Translations under genes and position numbers: made by a program
Assembly (NCBI GenBank): GCA_900546645.1
Contig: URDR01000004.1
Span: 1,589 to 65,588, forward strand
DNA length: 64,000 bases
Direction: 5' to 3'
DNA from: an uncultured Bacteroides sp.
GTDB lineage: Bacteria; Bacteroidota; Bacteroidia; Bacteroidales; Bacteroidaceae
In this document: positions 29,775 through 38,667 of the stretch, in pieces
Position numbering within the stretch: position 1 is the stretch's first letter
Layout: each line of letters starts with the position of its first letter
The notes under the pieces: model-generated
Database searches by the model: none
Told to the model about the DNA's origin: nothing
What the model saw: only the letters and a program-made list of their open reading frames with translations

Positions 29775-30310
29775 ATTTCATTGCCATCGACTTTGAGACA
29801 GCCACAGGCAAACGCGCTTCCATCTGCGAAGCCGGCATCTGCGTGGTGCGCGACGGAGAGATAGTGGAAACCCGTTCGTGGCTCGTCCGTCCGCAGGGCA
29901 ACATGTACAGTTACTGGAACATGCAGATACACGGCATCCGTCCGCATGACACCATAAATTCACCGGAATTTCCCGAAGTATGGGCTGAAATATGCGAATA
30001 CCTCAAAGAGATTCCCGTACTTGTAGCCCACAACGCCGCCTTTGACATCGGTTGCATCCGTCATTCATTGGAACTATACGGCATGGAGAAGCCGGACATC
30101 ACTTATTATTGTTCCCTCCGTGCCGCCCGCAAGCTCTATAACTTCGGCTGCAATAGTCTGGATTATCTTTGTGACCAGTTTAAGATTCCATACGGTCAGC
30201 ATCACCGGGCAGGAGATGACGCGGAGATGTGCGCACGCCTGTTTCTGACAGAATTGATAGATGCAGACTGCGAATTGGAAGAAATGAATTATTGTAACGG
30301 AAAGCTTTAA
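29762..30310 (+). CDS. DEDDh 3'-5' exonuclease (DnaQ-like)
   Basis: AIDFET, HNAAFD and HHRAGDDA motifs. Confidence 0.93.
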   Translation: MQGVNFIAIDFETATGKRASICEAGICVVRDGEIVETRSWLVRPQGNMYSYWNMQIHGIRPHDTINSPEFPEVWAEICEYLKEIPVLVAHNAAFDIGCIRHSLELYGMEKPDITYYCSLRAARKLYNFGCNSLDYLCDQFKIPYGQHHRAGDDAEMCARLFLTELIDADCELEEMNYCNGKL

Positions 30311-30324
30311 ATTAGTACAATCTT

Positions 30325-30525
30325 ATGATCGGTAGTGTTATAGGAGATATTGTAGGGAGCATTTATGAATTCGACAATATCAAAACAAAAGAGTTTCCAT
30401 TGTTTCAAAGCCGTCAAGAATATACAGATGATAGTATATTGACGTTCGCTACGGCCGACTGGCTGATGAATGGCGGCACGAGTGGAAGCTATTATCTGAA
30501 ATATGCGTTGGAAAATCCCCACTAG
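30325..30525 (+). pseudogene. N-terminal fragment of an ADP-ribosylglycohydrolase
   Basis: GSVIGDIVGSIYEF and YTDDS motifs; stops after 66 codons. Confidence 0.85.
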
Positions 30526-31135
30526 ACAGTTGGTTTTATGTGTTCCTCCTGAGCCATGGAGTGGAAATATCCTTAATTCCAAACTTGTAATCCTTTCTTT
30601 GAATCCTGGATATGTAGAGCACCTGAATAAGAATCTTGCAAATATGTTCAAACCTCAGATGGCTGAAGAAATCATGGAGGACAAAAGAAAGGTTTTGTCA
30701 ATGGAAGGAACTAAATTTGACTATTACGAGCCAACAAGAATATTGGGTGACTATTATTGGAGAAAGAAAATACTTCCTTTAGGAACAGCCGTATATGGAG
30801 AACAGGAAAAGGAAAATATTTTTAATCATGTTTCCTTATGTCAGTATTTTGCTTACACTTCGCTGGTATCTCCAGCTATTAAGAATTTATTTCCATCTCA
30901 GAAATTTACAAAAATGGTGTTGCTCTATTTGGCTACCTCTGCAAAAGAAGTAAAGTTTCTTGTGATGAGGCACGAAGCCCAATGGAAAACATTAATGGGA
31001 GAAGGTCTATGGAATTATTTATATGATAACAATAGACTGCTGGTTAGTAAAAATTATGCTAATCAATCCCTTACGGAGAAGAACATCGGTATTGAAAATT
31101 ATAGGATTATTGTTGAACACTTAAGGAATAATTAA
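30503..31135 (+). CDS. UDG-superfamily-like protein, probably 5'-truncated or chimeric
   Basis: PPEPWSGN...KLVILSLNPG, YYW, QYFAYTS, PSQ.FT; its ATG lies inside the ADP-ribosylglycohydrolase remnant. Confidence 0.6.
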   Translation: MRWKIPTRQLVLCVPPEPWSGNILNSKLVILSLNPGYVEHLNKNLANMFKPQMAEEIMEDKRKVLSMEGTKFDYYEPTRILGDYYWRKKILPLGTAVYGEQEKENIFNHVSLCQYFAYTSLVSPAIKNLFPSQKFTKMVLLYLATSAKEVKFLVMRHEAQWKTLMGEGLWNYLYDNNRLLVSKNYANQSLTEKNIGIENYRIIVEHLRNN

Positions 31136-31747
31136 ATGAATCACTTAAAAAGATTACAAAATGCTCTTGAACGGTTTGCTCCAGCTAATACTGTTAGTGG
31201 ACTGACAAAGCAATTTGAGGACATTGCCCAAATTGTATTTAATGGACGTTATGTCGTAAATGGAGAATACGAGATATATCCAATTGATATTGAGTTCTAT
31301 TTTCATGATGAAGAGAATAAAAGTATAATTGAACCTCAAATGTACCATGTAGGAGATGTTCCCTATTTCCCGGTAGGAGCGATTTGTCCCAATAGGTCTG
31401 GTGTTGACATGACTTTTGAGCGTGAAGGAAAATATCGTGCATCATTTCTTATTCGAGGGTATACTTATAAATCCTTGGTTAATAATGATGAAAAGACTTT
31501 TACAAATAAGGCTTCTCAAAAATTGAAAGAAGGAGAAATAGATAAATTCAAGCCACAATATTTATGGGAAGATTTGTTTGGTAATGCCTCAATTTTCGAG
31601 AAAGGGTTGTCTATTGTCTGGATGGATAATGAAGATTTTAATAAAGTTCGTATTATGTCTTCCGCCAGAATAAATGTAAAAAAAATAAAAGGGGAAGCAA
31701 CTGACCGTATGTGGCGTTTTACTAATCTTGACGCAGATCAGCAATGA
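31136..31747 (+). CDS. Divergent methylpurine-DNA glycosylase (MPG/AAG)-like protein
   Basis: IDIEFY (cf. IVETEAY), GVDMTF...ASFLIRG (cf. AVLIRA), RINV....WRF (cf. RIGI....WRF). Confidence 0.55.
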   Translation: MNHLKRLQNALERFAPANTVSGLTKQFEDIAQIVFNGRYVVNGEYEIYPIDIEFYFHDEENKSIIEPQMYHVGDVPYFPVGAICPNRSGVDMTFEREGKYRASFLIRGYTYKSLVNNDEKTFTNKASQKLKEGEIDKFKPQYLWEDLFGNASIFEKGLSIVWMDNEDFNKVRIMSSARINVKKIKGEATDRMWRFTNLDADQQ

Positions 31748-32604
31748 AAATCTTAAAATCAACTATGGACTATGTGTTTTTTTCGGAGAATCTGAAAAGA
31801 TATTATCCGAAAGTGTACAATGAATTGACTGAAATATTGTCAAAGCATGATGTGCATTACGGCGTATTGAAAGGAACAGCCGATTATTGGTGTAGAGATT
31901 ATATGCCAGTACAAGTAGATGGTAATTCTTTTGTTCAGTTTAAATATCATCCTGACTATCTGGAAGGACTTCGCGGTTATGAAACATCAACAGAAACCTC
32001 CATTAAGCTGGCTAAAACGATATTACCAAGTTCTTCAATATGTGTTTCTCCCATTGTAGCAGACGGTGGTAACTTTACCTTTGGAAGCATAAAAAAAGGT
32101 AGAGGATACACCGCTGTTGTTATAATGACGGAGAAAATATTTATTGAGAACCCTGATATGGATAGAAAATATCTTGTTTCTCTAATGGAAAAGTTATTTC
32201 CAAATCATAAGTTCTTATTTTTGCCTTGGGATAGAAGTGACGTTTGTGGTCATACAGATGGAATTTTACATGCTGTTGGCAGTAATAAAGTACTGGTGAA
32301 TCTGAAAGTTTACCCTGATGATATTGCCGCTAAGATGAGAAGTCGATTAGAATCATACTTTAAAGTCATCGATTTAGAGCTAAGTGATTATCATAATATG
32401 AGTTGGGCTTATATAAATATGATTCATACTCAAAATGTAATAATTGTCCCAGGTGTAGGATGTTCTACAGATGAAGAAGCTTTGAAACATATAAAAAAAC
32501 TGTTTCCAGAGTATGATGGTAGAATTTATCAGGTGCAGATGCAATCTATAGTTAAAAGAGGGGGAGGAGCTTTAAATTGCCTTTCATGGTCTTTTACTAT
32601 ATAA
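31744..32604 (+). CDS. Agmatine-deiminase/amidinotransferase (pentein)-fold enzyme
   Basis: WCRDYMP, DGGN, GHTDG, YIN and GGALNC catalytic Asp/His/Cys motifs. Confidence 0.88.
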   Translation: MKILKSTMDYVFFSENLKRYYPKVYNELTEILSKHDVHYGVLKGTADYWCRDYMPVQVDGNSFVQFKYHPDYLEGLRGYETSTETSIKLAKTILPSSSICVSPIVADGGNFTFGSIKKGRGYTAVVIMTEKIFIENPDMDRKYLVSLMEKLFPNHKFLFLPWDRSDVCGHTDGILHAVGSNKVLVNLKVYPDDIAAKMRSRLESYFKVIDLELSDYHNMSWAYINMIHTQNVIIVPGVGCSTDEEALKHIKKLFPEYDGRIYQVQMQSIVKRGGGALNCLSWSFTI

Positions 32605-32935
32605 GCAAACTGAAATAATGCGCTAAAATAAGTTTCTCATATCTCTATTTTTTTTCTAAATTTGTAAGAGGAAAAGAGTTACTTGAAAAGTAATATAACG
32701 CAGACCACAGCAATTGGGACGGTTGCCAAATCGTTACCCCAAAACAAGGTAATTCTTCTAACTCATTTAATTTCAAATAGCTATATTCCTTATACAGATT
32801 TACAGAAATTTATTGGAACAGCATGACTGCGAGAGGAAGGTTTTTCTTTTTATAGATATTTCAATGAAAAAAAGAAGTGAAACTCGGCGGATATTTGTAT
32901 CTTTGTTTCAATTTTATGCTTTAAAAATGAAGAAT

Positions 32936-33400
32936 ATGGAGAAAGTGATTATTAATTCGTATGAAGATTTTGAAAAATTAGTAGGACAGCAGATTGGAGT
33001 TTCAGAATGGTTGGAAGTGCCTCAGGAACGCATCAATCAGTTTGCTGACGCTACATTAGATCATCAGTGGATTCATGTGGATGTGGAACGCGCGAAGGTG
33101 GAAAGTCCGTATAAGAGTACGATTGTACATGGTTATCTGACGCTTTCATTGTTGCCTTATATGTGGGATCAGATTATCGAGGTGAATAACCTGAAAATGA
33201 TGGTAAACTATGGTATGGACAAAATGAAGTTTGGTCAGGCTGTTTTGTCGGGTCAGCGTGTCCGTCTGGTTGCTGATTTACATTCACTGGTTAATCTGCG
33301 TGGGGTGGCAAAGGCTGAAATCAAATTTGCCATCGAAATAGAAGGGCAACGCAAGAAAGCACTTGAAGGTATTGCTACTTTCTTGTATTATTTTAATTGA
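32936..33400 (+). CDS. MaoC-family dehydratase
   Basis: FADATLDHQWIHVD, TIVHGYLTLS, NYG; -7 box TATCTTTG at 32898. Confidence 0.92.
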   Translation: MEKVIINSYEDFEKLVGQQIGVSEWLEVPQERINQFADATLDHQWIHVDVERAKVESPYKSTIVHGYLTLSLLPYMWDQIIEVNNLKMMVNYGMDKMKFGQAVLSGQRVRLVADLHSLVNLRGVAKAEIKFAIEIEGQRKKALEGIATFLYYFN

Positions 33401-33544
33401 GCAGATTAGGCTTCTGCTTTTAGTTGAAAATGTTTCAGGTGACGAGTTGACAAGGTTCTGAAATGCTTTGGTGTTTAAACCTCGTCACCTTTTCGTCTGG
33501 TATCTGAGTTTCGTTATCTTATTACTTCAAAACTTATATTTTAT

Positions 33545-34249
33545 ATGACACAACATCAGGCAGAGCAGCTGCGTGAATGGGCTAAGATGTATCATGTATC
33601 TTCGTTTATCATCTCCGACCCGGTACAGTTTCCGCATCGCTATACCGATGTGTGTGACATAGAAATCAGTGGTTTGCTTACCGCTTTGCTGAGTTTTGGC
33701 AACCGTGTACAGATTCTGAAAAAGGCAGAGGAGCTTGACCGCCGGATGAAACATGCTCCGTTGCGTTATGTTCTATCTGAAAAATGGAAGGTGGATTTTG
33801 GCGAAGATGACAAACGCAGTTTTTACCGTATGCTGAGCTTTTCGGATTTCCGCGGGTATTTTGAGAAGCTGCATGCGGTGTATGTACACGGAAAAACGCT
33901 GGAGGATGTTTTGCTGGATTATCAGGGAACTCCGATGCAGCGGCTGTGTGCGTTTATGGGAGTATCCGACCGCAGTCCGCAGAAAAAGCTGAATATGTTT
34001 TTAAGATGGATGGTCCGGAAAAACTCGGAGGTGGACTTCGGAATATGGACTCGGATGAGCGAGTCTGAACTGCTGATTCCTCTTGATACGCATGTATGCA
34101 GGGTGGCTTTTCAGCTGGGACTTACGGATAAGCCTTCGTTTTCACTTGCCAATGCTCGCCGGATAACTGATTCACTGGCGGAGTTGTTTCCCGGAGATCC
34201 TTGTATGGGTGATTTTGCCTTGTTTGGCTATGGAGTGAATCATAAGTGA
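33545..34249 (+). CDS. TIGR02757/DUF2400-family protein
   Basis: DPVQFPHRY, KKLNMFLRWMVR, D.GIW, IPLDTHV, DP...DFALFG. Confidence 0.9.
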   Translation: MTQHQAEQLREWAKMYHVSSFIISDPVQFPHRYTDVCDIEISGLLTALLSFGNRVQILKKAEELDRRMKHAPLRYVLSEKWKVDFGEDDKRSFYRMLSFSDFRGYFEKLHAVYVHGKTLEDVLLDYQGTPMQRLCAFMGVSDRSPQKKLNMFLRWMVRKNSEVDFGIWTRMSESELLIPLDTHVCRVAFQLGLTDKPSFSLANARRITDSLAELFPGDPCMGDFALFGYGVNHK

Positions 34250-34288
34250 GGCTTCATGATTCACTCTTAAAGGAAGTGGGCTATGGTT

Positions 34289-34858
34289 TTAAAACTGCAT
34301 GGATGCGTAGAAACCGCAATGACCGTCGCCGGCTACGGGACTTAGGGTCAGATTGTGTTTCTTGGCAAACGGACGGGTGAATATATATGAACTTCCGATA
34401 CCGATGGCGGCTCCGGCTGCTACATCCCACCAATCGTGTTTCTTGCCATATACACGGCTCCATCCCACATAGCTTGAAACGACGTATGCCGGTATGCCCC
34501 ATTTCCATCCATAACGGCGCTGTATAAATGAAGCGGCGGTAAATGATACAGAGGTATGCATAGAGGGAAAGGAATGCCGGTCGCTATGGTCGGGGCGGTC
34601 TTTCTTTACAATGTATTTGAGTGCATAGGTTACACCGAGGGTAGTAGCTCCTGCGAAAACCCCTTGTTTAAGTCCTTGCCAGTCTTTATTGATTAATATG
34701 GCGGTCAGTCCAGCCACGGGGAGCAGAATGGCCCCTACATCGCCGGAAGTACGGACGGCTTTGCGGCTTCCTGTCACCTCTATCTGTTGGGCATTCAGGG
34801 AAAGACTGAGGCAGGAAAGGGTGAGCAGTAAGATGATTGGTTTCATGTTCGTTTTCAA
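34289..34858 (-). CDS. PAP2-family phosphatase
   Basis: K.....RP, SFPSMHT, SRV...KH...DV. Confidence 0.9.
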   Translation of the reverse strand: MKTNMKPIILLLTLSCLSLSLNAQQIEVTGSRKAVRTSGDVGAILLPVAGLTAILINKDWQGLKQGVFAGATTLGVTYALKYIVKKDRPDHSDRHSFPSMHTSVSFTAASFIQRRYGWKWGIPAYVVSSYVGWSRVYGKKHDWWDVAAGAAIGIGSSYIFTRPFAKKHNLTLSPVAGDGHCGFYASMQF

Positions 34859-35223
34859 AATAGTTTAGGAGTAAAAATAATCAGTCCGACGATGGCGGCA
34901 GCAATAGCTAAAATCAATACGGCTCCTGCTGCCAGATCTTTTGTGCGTTTGATGGCTTCGTTATATCCCGGTGATACGAGGTCGGCAAGTGCCTCGATGG
35001 AGGAGTTGACGGCTTCGGCTGCCAGCACCACACCTATGGTTATGGTAATGGCTATCCATTCGGTGGCAGTGAGACCTACGATGTATCCTGCAGTGATGAC
35101 ACAAACAGCGGCAAAGCAATGAATCCATGCGTTATGTTCACGGGTAATCAGTAAACGTATGCCATTGAAGGCAAAACGAAAGCTTTTCAGTCGTTTCCGG
35201 AGAGTGAATCCATCGTTTTTCAT
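34855..35223 (-). CDS. dgkA: Prokaryotic diacylglycerol/undecaprenol kinase
   Basis: SFRFAFNGI, EHN, EAVNSSIE..D, KDLAAGAV. Confidence 0.9.
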   Translation of the reverse strand: MKNDGFTLRKRLKSFRFAFNGIRLLITREHNAWIHCFAAVCVITAGYIVGLTATEWIAITITIGVVLAAEAVNSSIEALADLVSPGYNEAIKRTKDLAAGAVLILAIAAAIVGLIIFTPKLF

Positions 35224-35227
35224 CGGC

Positions 35228-35986
35228 TTACCAGTTTAGGGTGACTTCGACAGGGCAGTGGTCGGAGCCAAAGATGTCGGTGTGGATTTTGGCTCCTTCG
35301 AGCTGGTTGCTTAAGCGTGACGAAGCAAGGAAGTAGTCGATACGCCACCCTGCGTTTTTCTCACGAGCTTTAAAGCGGTAAGACCACCACGAATAGATGT
35401 TTGCCTGATCAGGATAGAAGTGGCGGAATGTATCGATAAATCCGGCATCGAGCAGGAGCTGGAATTTCTCGCGTTCTTGATCGGTAAATCCGGCATTCAT
35501 GCGGTTGGTCTTTGGATTTTTCAAGTCGATTTCTTTATGAGCTACGTTTAAGTCGCCGCATACCAGTACCGGCTTTTTCTCATCCAGCCGCTGCAGATAG
35601 GCGCGGAAGTCATCATCCCAGGTCATGCGGTAATCCAGACGCTTCAGTCCGTCTTGTGAATTGGGGGTATATACGGTAACGAGATAGAAGTTTTCCATTT
35701 CGAGTGTGATGACGCGTCCTTCATGGTCGTGTTCATCAATTCCTAATCCATAAGTTACTCCCAGTGGCTGATGGCGGGTGAAGATGGCAGTTCCTGAATA
35801 ACCTTTCTTTTCGGCATAGTTCCAATAAGACGTGTATCCGTCGAAGGATAAGTCAAGCTGTCCGGCTTGCATCTTGGTTTCTTGCAGACAGAAGAAGTCG
35901 GCATCGAGTGCCTTGAATGCATCGCGGAATCCTTTGTCGCAGCATGCGCGTATTCCGTTTACGTTCCATGAAATCAGTTTGAGCAT
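35228..35986 (-). CDS. xth: Exodeoxyribonuclease III
   Basis: SWNVNG, LQETK, GDLNVAH, GWRIDY, SDHCP. Confidence 0.96.
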   Translation of the reverse strand: MLKLISWNVNGIRACCDKGFRDAFKALDADFFCLQETKMQAGQLDLSFDGYTSYWNYAEKKGYSGTAIFTRHQPLGVTYGLGIDEHDHEGRVITLEMENFYLVTVYTPNSQDGLKRLDYRMTWDDDFRAYLQRLDEKKPVLVCGDLNVAHKEIDLKNPKTNRMNAGFTDQEREKFQLLLDAGFIDTFRHFYPDQANIYSWWSYRFKAREKNAGWRIDYFLASSRLSNQLEGAKIHTDIFGSDHCPVEVTLNW

Positions 35987-36077
35987 ATGTTTTAGTTTTT
36001 TTAGTTTTTTAGTTTTTTGTTTCTGAGTTTCTGAGCTTTTCATCTCAAGCTCTGTTACCTTGCCACTTGAAGTCTTG

Positions 36078-36776
36078 TTACTTTTTCAAGTCGAAAAGAT
36101 ACGTCAGGCGTCCTCCTATATACGAATGTGCCGAGCGCGAAAAGAAATCTTTTTTGGTGCTGTTATAGAAGTCGCTCAACCCGAAATAGTATCGTCCTTC
36201 AAGTAGGAAGTGACCGATACCGGTGCGTATTTCTACGCCTCCTCCGCCTACGATGCCATAATCAAATTTGTTATCGGCCAACTTACCATATTGTTCGGTG
36301 ATGCCGTTCGGACGCTGTTCGGGATGCCATGAGCTACTTTGGGCTTCTTTTTCTCCAATCAGGAAAGCAATTTGCGGACCCAGGTTAATGAAGAAACGTG
36401 CCCCATTACCCTGGTCTTTTCCGAAAGCCAGATGGGCGAGAAGAGGGATTTCAATATAACTCATCGTACGTTTGTAGGTGTCTCCACTCCCGTCTTCAAT
36501 ACGCTCTTTCCAGCCTCGCTGTGAGTAATTGATTTCAGCCTGGATACCGCAAATCATCTTGAAGTATTTTTCAGAGATATAGCGGGCGGTTAAACCTACT
36601 GAGGGACCGATGAGTTTGCCTTGCTTGATGCGTGGCTCAAAGCTGACATTGCTTAAGTTTACTCCTCCGTTGATACCGACGGCAAAGTTATGTCGCTCGT
36701 CTTGGAGCTGAGCTTTTATCGGCTGGGTACACAGGCATAGCAATGCTGCTGCGGCAATGATAGGATATTTTTTCAT
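36078..36776 (-). CDS. Outer-membrane beta-barrel (porin/PorT-like family)
   Basis: Signal peptide; [25 protein letters not shown]. Confidence 0.8.
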   Translation of the reverse strand: MKKYPIIAAAALLCLCTQPIKAQLQDERHNFAVGINGGVNLSNVSFEPRIKQGKLIGPSVGLTARYISEKYFKMICGIQAEINYSQRGWKERIEDGSGDTYKRTMSYIEIPLLAHLAFGKDQGNGARFFINLGPQIAFLIGEKEAQSSSWHPEQRPNGITEQYGKLADNKFDYGIVGGGGVEIRTGIGHFLLEGRYYFGLSDFYNSTKKDFFSRSAHSYIGGRLTYLFDLKK

Positions 36777-36780
36777 TTCG

Positions 36781-38559
36781 TTATTCGAAGTCGAGTTTTA
36801 TGAGTTCAAAGTCTTTAGTGAGATGAACGAAAAATACTTTACGGTTAATGAACCCTCCCCAGTTGTTGACGCGCTCAAACTTGAATCCGGTCTGGATGGG
36901 GGTTACTTGCACCCTGTTCAGGTTATTTTCCAGCTGGCTGCCTTCTTGTGCCAGCCCCTTCAGGAAGAAGTATCCGGTGTCGAATCCGAGCATGCCATAT
37001 TTGGGGAATATGTTTGCCATGTCTTTGCTGTACCAACGGCGGTATTCCTGTGTGAAGCGTACGGCTGCCGGGAACAGGTTGTTGGTATAGAAAGAGGAAT
37101 AGAAGTAAGTATCCAGTTCGTAGAAGCTGGCCAGATAGTCTTGAGTATAGGTTTGCCATTCGGGGTAGCCGAACAGGTGAAGGTCGACATTCGGATAGCT
37201 CCGGCGAATCTGAGTAAGCTGAGGAATCAGGCGGGTCAGTGACAAGTCTTTTCCCGAGGTAGGGATAAAGATGTTTTCGCGTGTGGAGTCGATGGCTGCC
37301 AGGATTTTCAGCGTATCAGAGTTGCTGATATGTTTATAGGCTACCTGATTCGTTTTCAGTTCGTTTTTCATCCCTTTGATAAATTCGGCTTTCTCATTTT
37401 GTCCGGTACCGGCATCAAGGAACACGATATTTGCCTTGCTGAATTTGCGGAGGAAATGCTCATATACCTCGGAGTACAGATACGACTGGGGCGTATTGAC
37501 CTGATAAATATAAGGGTTTTTAAATACCTGTTCCACTTCGGGCGAGAAGGGAACCACCACACGTGTCTGGTTTTTTTCAGCAAACTCAGCAAGTGTTTTT
37601 ACATTAGCGGCATGAGCCGGACCAAAGATGATATCCATATTCTTCATCTCTTCTTTGGCGAGGATAGACTGAGTTACGTCAGACTTTCCTTTCGTGTCGT
37701 ACGTGTAGAGGTTGACTGAAACTCCTTGCCGTTTCAAGCTGTCGACAGCCATCAGAAATCCCTCGTAATATTCCACCATGCGCATTTGCTCATCCCGGTT
37801 TTTTCCTTCGGTAAACGGGAGCAATACGGCGGCTTTTATGTTTTGTATTTTCTTGAGCGACTGCTTGTTTTGGGCAAACAGCTCTTCATTTGACGGTATG
37901 CGTGCCGGAGTTTTCTCGGGTTCTTTAGCCGGTTGTTTGGAAGCCGGATAGGGGATGAACAAGAAACTTCCACGTTTCAGTTTTCCCTTCTTTAATTCGG
38001 GATTGGCAGCAATGAGTTCTTCTTCACTGATGCCATACTGCCGGCTGATGCTGAAGATGGTTTCTTTCCGTTCCACTTTATGCATGTCACGCCAGTCTGT
38101 CTTTTTTCCAGAAGAGGTTTGAGCAGCTGTTTCTGATAAATTCTCTTTGGCAGGTTGAATGGCAGTCTGTGCCGGGATGGAAATGACTTGTCCTATCCGG
38201 AAATTGCTGGCGCTTAATCCGGGATTTGCCGTACAGATAGCTTGTACCGTTACGTTATATTTTAAGGTGAGCTGATATAAGGTTTCGCCTGCCTGAATGG
38301 TATGGAAGGTAGGTTTCCCCTGATTCGATCCGCTGTCGGCTTGAGGAATTTTCAATGATTCGCCTGCGCGGATCTGTTTTTCACAGCCGGGGTTCAGCCG
38401 TATAAGGTCTTCCATGGTAACGTTATACATGGTAGAAATGGAATAGAGGCTTTGCCCTTTTGTTACGGTATGCAGGAAATATCCGCTTTGTGCCTGTGCG
38501 GTGATGATGCTGCCAAAAGACAATGCCAGCGACAGGCAGATGGTATGAATAAGTTTCAT
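36781..38559 (-). CDS. LysM x3 + periplasmic-binding-fold protein
   Basis: Three HTV..G.TL.SIS..Y LysM repeats, then AVLLPF...EYYEG...DIIFGP. Confidence 0.88.
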   Translation of the reverse strand: MKLIHTICLSLALSFGSIITAQAQSGYFLHTVTKGQSLYSISTMYNVTMEDLIRLNPGCEKQIRAGESLKIPQADSGSNQGKPTFHTIQAGETLYQLTLKYNVTVQAICTANPGLSASNFRIGQVISIPAQTAIQPAKENLSETAAQTSSGKKTDWRDMHKVERKETIFSISRQYGISEEELIAANPELKKGKLKRGSFLFIPYPASKQPAKEPEKTPARIPSNEELFAQNKQSLKKIQNIKAAVLLPFTEGKNRDEQMRMVEYYEGFLMAVDSLKRQGVSVNLYTYDTKGKSDVTQSILAKEEMKNMDIIFGPAHAANVKTLAEFAEKNQTRVVVPFSPEVEQVFKNPYIYQVNTPQSYLYSEVYEHFLRKFSKANIVFLDAGTGQNEKAEFIKGMKNELKTNQVAYKHISNSDTLKILAAIDSTRENIFIPTSGKDLSLTRLIPQLTQIRRSYPNVDLHLFGYPEWQTYTQDYLASFYELDTYFYSSFYTNNLFPAAVRFTQEYRRWYSKDMANIFPKYGMLGFDTGYFFLKGLAQEGSQLENNLNRVQVTPIQTGFKFERVNNWGGFINRKVFFVHLTKDFELIKLDFE

Positions 38560-38595
38560 TTTTTTGTTTCGAATTTAGTTGAGAGGCAAAAGTAC

Positions 38596-38636
38596 AAAAA
38601 AAGTTCCTTATCTCTGTGACTGATAAGGAACTTTTT
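38596..38636. terminator. Intrinsic terminator after the lptF/G-family gene
   Basis: aaaaagttccttatc/gataaggaacttttt stem with A/T tracts. Confidence 0.8.
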
Positions 38637-38667
38637 AGAAGAACGAGGGGTTCTGTATGCTTCTCTC

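Larger units (their letters stand above)
19452..32883. mobile_element. Eroded integrative island (Bacteroidales CTn/mobilisable-transposon type); boundaries approximate
   Basis: Integrase remnant at left end, three copies of an 18-bp arm-site-like motif (19562, 20257, 32721), oriT-like hairpins, accessory cargo and several pseudogenes between divergent core genes. Confidence 0.75.

Noticed and set aside
35990..36040. T-rich short repeats upstream of xth
   Set aside because: Degenerate low-complexity repeats; no support for phase variation
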